NCBI GenBank assembly: GCA_963708025.1
Contig: CAVPSB010000015.1
Location: forward strand, 192,001-256,000
Length of the DNA stretch: 64,000 nucleotides
DNA from: an uncultured Candidatus Rokubacteria bacterium
Lineage (GTDB): Bacteria > Methylomirabilota > Methylomirabilia > Rokubacteriales > DASRDR01
Direction of reading: 5' to 3'
This document shows positions 10,606-19,389 of this stretch, in pieces; position 1 is the stretch's first letter, and each line of letters starts with the position of its first letter. The notes below the pieces were generated by a model, which saw nothing but the letters and a program-made list of their open reading frames with translations, did no database searches and was not told the origin of the DNA. The position numbers and the translations under genes are program-made.

Positions 10606-12355
10606 ATGGCGCAGCCTGGCGAGGTCATCGTCTCCGAGCTGCGGGAGATTCAGCACCGGTACGGCTATCTCCCGGTGGAAGAGCTCCGCGCGCTCTCCGC
10701 CCGCATCGCGGTGCCCGTCTACCAGCTCCACGGCGTCGCCAGCTTCTTCCCCCACTTCCGGCTGCACCCGCCGGCCTCGGTCGAGGTGCGGGTCTGCGCC
10801 GACATGTCGTGCCACCTCAACGGGGCCCGGCAGCTCCTCGGCGCCTTCCAGACCGAGGCCAACCGGATCTCCGACATGGACGTCCAGACCGTGTCCTGCC
10901 TGGGGCGGTGCGATCGGGCGCCGGCGGCGGAGATCGGCGAGCACATCCTCGAGTCCGTCTCCATCGAAGAGGTCCCCGACCTCGTCCTGTCCGCCGCCGA
11001 CGGCAAGATGGAGCCCCGGCCCCGGGTCGGCGCCCAGCCCACGGCTCTCCGCAGCGATCCCTACAGCGGCAGCCCGCGCTACGAGGCGGTCCAGCAGTTC
11101 CTGGGTCACGGCGACGTCGAGCGAGTGCTGGGGACCCTCAAGGCCGCCGGGCTGCGCGGCATGGGCGGGGCCGGCTTCCCGACCGGCGGACAAGTGGGAG
11201 CTCGTGCGCAGCGCGCCGGGCGACGACAAGTACATCGTCTGCAACGCCGACGAGAGCGAGCCCGGCACCATCAAGGACCGCTTCATCCTGGAGTCCCTGC
11301 CCCTATCTGCTCGTGGAGGGCATGATCGCTCGCCGGCCTGGTCACCGGCGCCCGAGCAGGGCATCGTCTACATCCGCCACGAGTACGAGCCAGATGCGAG
11401 GAAGCGCTCGAGCGCGCCATCCGCGAGGCGCGGCAGCAGGGCGTGCTCGGCCCCCGGGTCATGGGCTCGGACCGCACCTTCGAGCTCGAGACTCTTCGTC
11501 AGCCCCGGCGGCTACATCTGCGGCGAGGAGTCCGCGCTGCTCGAGGCGATGGAGGGCAAGCGGGCCGAGCCGCGCAACAAGCCGCCGTTCCCGGTCACCC
11601 ACGGCCTGTACGGCAAGCCGACCGTCATCAACAACGTCGAGACCCTGGCCTTCGTGCCGCTCATCCTGCTGCAGCGGCGCCGACTGGTTCAAGGCGCAGG
11701 GCGCAGAACGGCGCGGCAGCGGCCTCAAGTTCGTCGGCATCAGCGGCGCACGTGGCGCGGCCGGGCGTCTACGAGGTCGCCGATGGGCACGCACGGCCCG
11801 CGAGGTCATCTACGACCTCGCCGGCGGCATGCCGGAACGGGCGGCGCGCTGAAGGCCTGGGCCCCGTCGGGGCCGTCGTCGGGCTTCCTGCCGGCCTCGA
11901 TGATCGACTTGCCGCTCGACTTCGGACACGCTGGCCAAGGCCGGCTCGATGCTCGGCTCGGGCGCGGTGCGTCGTGATGGCCGAAGGCACGTGCATGCTC
12001 GACATGGCGCTCAACGCCGTACGCTTCTTCCGCAACGAGTCGTGCGGCAAGTGCGTGCCGTGCCGGGTCGGCTCCGCAGAAGATGGTCGAGCTGCTCGAC
12101 CCGGGTCGACGCGGGGCCAGGCCGGACCGGGCGACATGGACACGCATCGACGACCTCGACCAGGCGCTGCGGCTCACCTCGATCTGCGGCCTGGGCCAGG
12201 TCGTGCCGAAGCCGATGCGCTCGGTCGATCCAGCACTTCCGCGAGGAGGTGGACGACGCACCTCCTCCGGCAACGCTGCCCCGCGGGCGTGTGCTCTGGA
12301 TCAGGCGGCGGGCTCCGATCGGGACTTGACGGCGACCATCATGAGGCGGCTCTGA
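10606..12355 (+). CDS. NuoE-NuoF-like fusion (2Fe-2S + FMN/NAD(P)H-binding + 4Fe-4S), frameshifted
   Basis: NuoE motifs GVASFFPHF, VCADMSCH, SCLGRCDRAP. NuoF motifs GLRGMGGAGFPTG, CNADESEPGTIKDR, YICGEESALLEAMEG, NNVETL, ESCGKCVPCRVG, SICGLG. TGA/ATG overlap at 12353-12357. Confidence 0.9.
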
Positions 12356-14586
12356 TGGCGCCGGCCACGTCGAGGCGACCATCGACGGGAAGTCGGTCGA
12401 GCGTGCCGGCCGGCACCACGATCTTCGACGCCGCCCGCGCGGCTCGAGCATCGCCATCCCGACCCTCTGCCACCCGCAGCACGCAGACGCCGGTCGGCGT
12501 CTGCCGCGTCTGCGTGGTCGAGGTGAAGAACGCGCGCGTGCTGCCGGCGGCCTGCGTCCGGCCGGTCGAAGCCGGGCATGGAGGTCATGACCGCGCGCCG
12601 AGGCGTGCAGCGAGCGCGCCGGACGCTGGCTCGAGCTGCTGCTGGCCGACCACCCCGTCCCCTGCGCCCGGCAGGCGAAGACGCGGCGACTGCGAGCTGG
12701 AGAACCTGGCCGCGGGCTGCCGACCTGGCGCCGGCCGCGCTTCGCGAGGCCGCCCGTCGCCGCGTGGGCGCGACGACTCGCCCCCCATCATCGCCGTCGA
12801 CCACACCGCCTGCATCCTGTGCGACCGCTGCATCCGCGGCTGCACGCGAGGTGCAGGCACAACTTCGTCATCGGCCGCGCCGGCAAGGGCTACGCGGCGG
12901 GGATCGCCTTCGACACCGACGTCCCCATGGGGAAGTCGACCTGCGTGTCGCTGCGGCGAGTGCATGGTCTCGTGCCCGACCGGCGCGCTCACCCTCAAGA
13001 CCGAGGCGGCGTCGTCGCCGGCCTCGACCCGGCGGCCAGCTGGTCGGCGAGACGCTGACGTCGGCCGACGATCCGGGACGTGCCGATCTTGCGAGGGGTG
13101 TCGGGCAACGTTCCTGGACCTGAACCGCGGCGCCGGTGGTCGGCGGCACGTTCCAGCCGGGCGAGGTCATCTGCCGGGAGGGCGAGTTCGGCTCCACCGC
13201 GTTCTACGTCCTGAGGGGCAAGGTCGAGGTCTCCATCCCGACCCCGATGGCCCACTGCGACGAGCCACGCCGGGGCTCCACGGGCGGCTGGCGGGGCTGC
13301 GCTCCACAAGATGACCCGAGCTCCGGTGCACAGCGGGACGGAGCCCAGGCGGAGTCGGCGACGCCCACCGGCTATCATCCCGATCGACGCCTCCGTCGAC
13401 CTCGCCTACGACAAGCCGGTCGCCCAGCTCGGGCCCGGCGAGCTGTTCGGCGAGATGACCTGCCTCATCTTCTATCCGCGCTCGGCCACCGTGCGGGCGG
13501 TCGAGGACGACCGTCGTCCTCGAGATGCTGCGCAACGTGCTGCAGATCCTGCAGCGGAACAAGACGTTCCGGCCGAGCTCGAGCGCGCGCTATCGCGAGC
13601 GCGCGCTCGACACGCACCTGCGCAGCGTCCCGATCCTGGCCGGCCTCACCGACGAGTTCATCGACCGACCTGCGCGACAGCGTCGAGCTGGTCCGCTACG
13701 AGCCCGGGCGAGGTGATCTGCCGGCAGGGCGACGCCGGCCGACAGCTTCTATCTGATCCGGATCGGCTTCGTGAAGGTGACGCCAGACGTTCCCCGGCGG
13801 CGAGCTGGTCGCTGCCGTACCTGGCCCGCGGCAACTACTTCGGCGAGATCGGTCTGCTGGGCGGCGGCGTCCGGACCGCCACCTGCACCGCGCTCGACCA
13901 CGTCGAGGTGGTCCGCATCAGCGGCCGACGACTTCCGACGCATGCTCGAGCGCTTCCCCGACGATCCGCCGCGCGCCTCGGCGGACGTGGCCCGAGCGCC
14001 GCACGCGAGGAGAACGCAGCGGCAGGCCTCACGGCTCGTCGACGTCGCCGCTCGAGGACTTCCTCGGCCAGGGGCTGATGGAGGCGCAGAACCTGCTGCT
14101 CATCGACCTCGACCGCTGCACGCGCTGCGACGCCTGCGTGCGGGCCTGCGCCGACGCGCACGACGGCGTCACGCGGCTGGTCCGCGACGGGCTGCGCTAC
14201 GACAAGTACCTGGTGGCGACCTCGTGCCGCTCGTGCCGCGACCCGCTGTGCATGGTCGGCTGCCCGGTCGGCTCGATCCGGCGCACGGACTCGCTCGAGA
14301 TCATCATCGAGGACTGGTGCATCGGCTGCGGCTGTGCGCCGAGCACTGCCCGTACGGCAACATCAACCTGCACCCGTTCAAGGTCACCGCCGACGCCCGA
14401 GCGCCGGCGGCAAGAAGGCGGTGGTCCGCGAAAGGCGACCGCGCTGCGACCTGTGCCGCGAACTGAACAGAGCCGAGCTGCGTGTACGCGTGCCCGCACG
14501 ACGCCGCCATGCGGGTCGAGCCCCGCGAGTTCTTCGCGACCGGGACGTCCCAGGTCCGGGGCGCCCCGCCGTCCATCCGGTCATGA
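12355..14586 (+). CDS. Fe-S protein: NuoG/HoxU-like N-terminus + two cNMP-binding domains + C-terminal multi-[4Fe-4S] domain, frameshifted
   Basis: N-terminal GVCRVCVVEV...AACVRP, CILCDRCIRGC, CGECMVSCPTG. cNMP domains EVICREGEFGSTAFYVLRG...LFGEMTCL..YPRSATVRA and EVICRQGD...YFGEIGLL..VRTATCTA. C-terminal CTRCDACVRAC, CRSCRDPLCMVGCP, CIGCG.CAEHCPYG, CDLC...CVYACPH. ATGA overlap with next gene. Confidence 0.85.
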
Positions 14587-15506
14587 TCATCGATCGCGGT
14601 CACCTCCGGTGGGTGGCGATCTGCCTCGGCATCCTCCTCGCTTCCACCGCGGTCTACATCCCGTACCACGTCCGCTCGCTCAACGGGCCGTCGGGCGGCA
14701 GCCTGATCGGGCTCCTCTTCGGCTTCATCGGCTACGGGCTCATGCTCTTCGCCGGCGCGCTCGGCGTGCGGACCCGGCGCGCGACCTGGCGCTTCGGTCG
14801 CGCGGAGACCTGGCTCAAGGGCCACGTCTGGCTGGCCCTGCTGGCCTATCCGCTGATCTACTTCCACGCCGGCTTCGCGTTCGGCGGGCCGCTGACCGTG
14901 GCGCTCATGATCCTGTTCACCATCGTGACCGTCAGCGGCCTCGTCGGCGTGGTGCTCCAGGGGATCCTCCCCCGCATGATGACCGAGCGGGTCCCGCTGG
15001 AGACGATCTTCGAGCAGGTGGACAACGTGCTGGCCCAGATCCGGGGGGAGGCCGACCACGTGGTCAAGGCGGTCGCCGATCCGGAGCAGGCGTCGGCGGA
15101 CGAGGCGGCGGCCACGGTCGGCCGCCGGCCGCCCCCGTCGGCTCGGCGGGCGCAGGTGCGGGCGCAGATCGGAACCACGTCGGCCCCGGCCGAGGAGGCC
15201 CAGGCCCTCAAGGAGTTCTACGAGAACGAGGTGCGCCCGTACCTGTACGACAAGGCGGGACGGACCGCGTCGCTCAACAGTCCGTCGAAGGCGGCGGTGG
15301 TCTTCGCCCAGCTCCGGACGCGGGTGCCGGACGAGCTGCACCACGTCGTGGACGACCTCCAGGCCATCTGCGAAGAGCGCCGCCAGCTCAAGGTGCAGAC
15401 CGGACTCCACTACTGGCTGCACGCGTGGCTCCTGGTCCACGTGCCGCTGTCGCTGGCGCTGCTGCTACTGTCCGCCGCGCACGCCGTCCTGGCGTTGCGC
15501 TACTAG
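14583..15506 (+). CDS. Polytopic membrane protein with His residues in TM helices (ferric-reductase/cytochrome b-like)
   Basis: About 5 hydrophobic helices; WLKGHVWL, IYFHAGF, WLHAWLLVHVPLS. Translationally coupled to the upstream Fe-S gene. Confidence 0.7.
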   Translation: MIIDRGHLRWVAICLGILLASTAVYIPYHVRSLNGPSGGSLIGLLFGFIGYGLMLFAGALGVRTRRATWRFGRAETWLKGHVWLALLAYPLIYFHAGFAFGGPLTVALMILFTIVTVSGLVGVVLQGILPRMMTERVPLETIFEQVDNVLAQIRGEADHVVKAVADPEQASADEAAATVGRRPPPSARRAQVRAQIGTTSAPAEEAQALKEFYENEVRPYLYDKAGRTASLNSPSKAAVVFAQLRTRVPDELHHVVDDLQAICEERRQLKVQTGLHYWLHAWLLVHVPLSLALLLLSAAHAVLALRY

Positions 15507-15515
15507 AGGCACTTC

Positions 15516-17073
15516 GTGGCGCGGGAGCGAACGACCAAGGGGCTGGCCAAGCGGATCGAGCTGACCTACTACCAGCACCTGCATCCCTTCCGGCGCCTGT
15601 GGCGGATTCTCTGCATCGCCCTGGTGTCGGTCGCCGCGGTGTGGCTCATCGTGATGGCGGTCATGGGGGATCAGCGGATCTACACGAGCGGTCCGGTGGC
15701 GACGGCTCACCGGATGTTCAACCTCGACTGCGAACGCTGTCACGTTCGACCGGCCGACGCCGGCGGCCCCGGTGGCCAAGGCCGACGGCGCGGCGCCGGC
15801 GGCGCCCGTCATCCCGGTCTCGACGACGCGGCACCCTGGCGGCTTCTTCCGCCGGGTCAGCGACGGCGCCTGCTTCAGCTGTCACGATGCCCCCGACCAC
15901 CACGCCAACGCGGCAGTGTCGCTGCGGTGCGCCGAGTGCCACCTCGAGCACAAGGTGGAGACCACGCTGGCCCGGATGTCGGACCGGCACTGCGTCCTCT
16001 GCCACGCCGACCTGAAGACCAAGAGCGGGACCACCGAGTACGAGCGCCAGGTCGTCAGCCTCGCCCGGCATCCGGAGTTCGCGGTCTTGCGGAAGAACGT
16101 CAAGGACGCGACCCAGATCAAGCTGAACCACGAGACCCACCAGAAGCCCGACTTGCCGGCCGGCGGCGGGAAGCGCGTGACGCTCGGCTGCGTGAGCTGC
16201 CACGTGCAGGACGACGCCGGGAAGTACATGAAGCCGATCTCCTTCGACCTGCACTGCAAGCAATGCCACCCGCTGGAGGCCAGCGCCGACGTCGTCGTGC
16301 CCCACCAGCGGCCCGAGATCATCCGGGGCTTCCTGCTCAGCCGCTCCGCCCGAGGCGGCGGGGCCGCGGCCAGCCCGGCGGCGGCGCCCGGCGCCGAGAA
16401 GCCGGCCGACAAGCCGGCCGAAGAGGAGGCCCCGAAGGGCCGCCGGCGGGGAACCGGCTCATCCGCGTTGCCGGAGGCGCTCGTGCGGCTCGTGGGCTGG
16501 GTCCAGGAGGCGGTCGGGACCACCGAGCGCCCGCCGATCCAGCTCGTCCAGCGGCAGCGCGGCGGGGGCGCGCCGGAGGCGCCGGCGGCGCCCTCCGGAG
16601 CGGCCCCGGCCGGAGCGGCGCCTGCCGCAGCGGCCCCGGCCGCGGGTGGCGGGGGTGGCGGGCTGGCGGGGGTTGTCCAGCTGGAGAAAGGCTTGTACGA
16701 GGGCAGGTCGGCGGTCTGTCCCTACTGCCACATGATCGAGAAGGCCGATCCGCTGCCCCGCATCGTGCCGCCGAAGATCCCCGTGCGCTGGTTGCCGCGG
16801 AGCTCGTTCGACCATCGAGCGCACCGGCCGCTGGCCTGCCTGGCCTGCCACCCGGACGCCAAGAAGAGCACGGACACGGCCGACGTGTTGTTGTCGAAGG
16901 TGGCAGTCTGTCAGGAGTGCCACCGGGAAGGCGGCGGGGCCCGGGCGGGCTGCGTGGAGTGCCACCTCTATCATGACCGGTCCAAAGAGCGGTCGCCGGA
17001 CGGCCCGCACACGGTGCCTCAGTTCGCCGTCACGGCCGGACGTCCGACCGCCGCGCCAGCGACGAAACCCTGA
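15516..17073 (+). CDS. Membrane-anchored decaheme cytochrome c (c3/c7-like), frameshift near 15770
   Basis: N-terminal TM anchor; CERCH, CFSCH, CAECH, CVLCH, CVSCH, CKQCH, CPYCH, CLACH, CQECH, CVECH. Confidence 0.9.
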
Positions 17074-17181
17074 CGCGACGCCAGCCGGCGGGCGCGTCGC
17101 TCCGGTCTGTGGACAGCCGTTCCGCGATCGTGGTAGGGTGCGGGCGGTAACGTAAACGACGGGCTTCTCTGAGGGAGGGGA

Positions 17182-18660
17182 ATGGGCACGCGAGACGTCT
17201 CCCGAATCGGTACGGGTGTCCTGATCGCCGTCGCGCTCCTCGGGTCCGCCTCCCGGGTCGGGGCCGTCCCGCTGACCGCCGACGAAGTCCAGCTCATCGT
17301 CAGCACGGCGGCCGCCTCGATCGACGCCACCACGGCGGTCATCGCGGTGACCGACCGCTCGGGCAACCCGCTCGCCGTGTTCCGGAAGATCAACGGGAAC
17401 GCAGGGGCCGCTGACACCGCGGTGGGTCTGGCCCGGAGCGCCGCGTTCTTCGCCAACGACCAGGCCCCGCTCTCCTCGCGGACCGTGCGCTTCATCACCG
17501 AGATCCACTTCCCGCCGGGGGTCGCCGGCACGCCCAACGGCGGGCAGTACGGCATCGAGAACACGAACCGGGGCTGCACGCTGAGCAACAACTTCAACCC
17601 CGGCAAGGCGGTCCCACCGTCCCGGTCGCTCAGCGGAGGCACCGGTCCGGGCATCATCACCGGCAAGCCCGACGTGTTCGACTCGAATCCCAACGCGGTG
17701 AACCCGGGTGGTGTCCCGGTCTACAAGGACAACCAGGTCGCGGGCGGAGTCGGCGTGACCGGCGTCTCCGCCGCGGAGGCCGAGTTCGCGGCCTTCAGCG
17801 GCGGCTTCGGGAACGGAAACCCCCGGTTCTCGCCGACCTTTGGCTCGCCGGGTGTCGTCTTCATCGACGGCGTCGCCCTGCCGTTCGTGAACCAGCGGAC
17901 CCGACCGGCCGGCAGTTCCCCTGGCAGCTTCGTCGGTGACTTCCTCCTGGGGCCGCAAGGGAGCCCGAACGCCGGCGTGCCGGACGGCTATCTGGTCGGT
18001 CCCGCCGGGAGCGCCGAGCTGAGCGCGGCGGAGGTCGACGGCATCGTGCGGCGGGCCGAGGCCCAGGCCAACAGCACCCGCGCCGCGATCCGGCTGCCTC
18101 TCGGCAGGACGACCCGGATGGTGATCTCCGTCTCGGACCTCCAGGGCAACCTGCTCGCGATCTTCCGGATGCCCGACGCGACGGTTTTCAGCATCGACGT
18201 CTCCGCGACCAAGGCCCGGAACATGGTCTACTTCCCGAGCACCCGGCTCGACCCGGCCGACCTACCCGGTGTCCCGCCCGGGACCGCCCTGACCGCCCGG
18301 ACCATCAACTTCGGCACTCAGCCCCTGTACCCGCCCGGCATCGATGCCGGCGGCCCCGGCCCCTTCTTCAACCTGTTCGTCCGGGACACGGCCCGTCCCT
18401 GCACGCAGGGCAACGACCAGCAGAACCGGGGGAACCAGAGCGGGATCGTCTTCTTCGCCGGCTCGGCCCCCCTGTACCGGAGCGGGGTGCTGATCGGCGG
18501 GCTCGGGGTGAGCGGCGACGGCGTCGAGCAAGACGAGGTCGTGACCGACGCTGGGTCACGTGGATTCGAGCCGCCCGACAACATCCGGGCCGACAACATC
18601 TTCATCCGCGGGGTCCGGCTCCCGTACTTCCGGTTCAACCGGAACCCGACCGCGCGCTGA
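17182..18660 (+). CDS. Secreted heme-binding protein with two GlcG/HbpS (DUF336)-like domains
   Basis: Signal peptide. Two units: IAVTDRSGNPLAVFR...GGVPVYKDNQVAGGVGVTG and ISVSDLQGNLLAIFRM...GSAPLYRSGVLIGGLGVSGDGVEQD. Confidence 0.8.
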   Translation: MGTRDVSRIGTGVLIAVALLGSASRVGAVPLTADEVQLIVSTAAASIDATTAVIAVTDRSGNPLAVFRKINGNAGAADTAVGLARSAAFFANDQAPLSSRTVRFITEIHFPPGVAGTPNGGQYGIENTNRGCTLSNNFNPGKAVPPSRSLSGGTGPGIITGKPDVFDSNPNAVNPGGVPVYKDNQVAGGVGVTGVSAAEAEFAAFSGGFGNGNPRFSPTFGSPGVVFIDGVALPFVNQRTRPAGSSPGSFVGDFLLGPQGSPNAGVPDGYLVGPAGSAELSAAEVDGIVRRAEAQANSTRAAIRLPLGRTTRMVISVSDLQGNLLAIFRMPDATVFSIDVSATKARNMVYFPSTRLDPADLPGVPPGTALTARTINFGTQPLYPPGIDAGGPGPFFNLFVRDTARPCTQGNDQQNRGNQSGIVFFAGSAPLYRSGVLIGGLGVSGDGVEQDEVVTDAGSRGFEPPDNIRADNIFIRGVRLPYFRFNRNPTAR

Positions 18661-18829
18661 GCTCCGCCGGAGGGGGGCACTTGCCCCCCTCCGGGGGCTC
18701 GGCTGATCAGGAACTCGCCAGGCGACCGTCGCCAACCCGGCTCAGATCCGACCAGGCGCGAGTGGCGACCTTCGTGTGGTCCGATCATCAAGTATCTATG
18801 AAATCAGCTGTTCACCGCGTTTGTCGTTG

Positions 18830-18846
18830 CTGGCACGGCCCATGCT
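18830..18846 (+). promoter_or_regulatory. sigma54 (-24/-12) promoter
   Basis: CTGGCACGGCCCATGCT: GG-N10-GC with a TGGCACG consensus half, just upstream of ORF 18862. Confidence 0.6.
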
Positions 18847-18861
18847 CGAGAGCTGGCCAGC

Positions 18862-19182
18862 ATGGCCACCCCTCCCGAATGTCTGGTCATCGTGCGACGC
18901 GGAGAGACCGCGGTCTTCGAGCGCCTGAAGGCTCAGTTCGCCGGGATGCCGAACGTCCAGGTGGTTTGGGACCGGCGGGTTCGTGACCGGCGCGTGATCA
19001 TCCAGGACGTGGAGAACGAGCGCCGCGGGGGCGAGCGCCGAGCCCCGCTCGACGCGACCATGTGGACCACCCGGGGCTATTTCCTGGCCCGTCCGCACCC
19101 GACCTTGCCCGGCCCGGCCGCGGCGCCGGCCCTCCGCAAGGCCAACGGGCAGCGGGCACGCAAGCGCGGGCCCGCCGACTAG
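18862..19182 (+). CDS. Small hypothetical protein with DRR/ERR motifs
   Basis: ATG start; VVWDRRVRDRR...NERRGGERR; plausible codon usage. Confidence 0.65.
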   Translation: MATPPECLVIVRRGETAVFERLKAQFAGMPNVQVVWDRRVRDRRVIIQDVENERRGGERRAPLDATMWTTRGYFLARPHPTLPGPAAAPALRKANGQRARKRGPAD

Positions 19183-19389
19183 CCTCCCGGGTCCACCGCC
19201 GTCCGCGACTCTCCCCGATTCGCCGAGCCGGGCCGTTCTCCTCGCCGCCCCTCTGGACGTACTCGCTGAGGTATCGTCGTCTCCTCGCCCGGGGACACGC
19301 GATGGTGGACAATGTCCAGGCCGGGTGGCGCGAGGCGGTGGTTGTATGCTGGAGGGGGAACCCCCCATTCAGGAGGCCCTCGAGCGACA

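Noticed and set aside
11443-13314. NuoF fused to the NuoG-like protein
   Set aside because: The read-through probably arises from indels; a TGATG overlap with an SD-like GAGG at 12343-12357 favours two coupled genes. Not fully excluded.
10606-14586. Respiratory complex I, a hydrogenase or a HydABC-type bifurcating enzyme
   Set aside because: No other nuo genes and no H-cluster, NiFe or molybdopterin domain; the NuoF part ends shortly after CPAGVC without the C-terminal 2x[4Fe-4S] domain of HydB.
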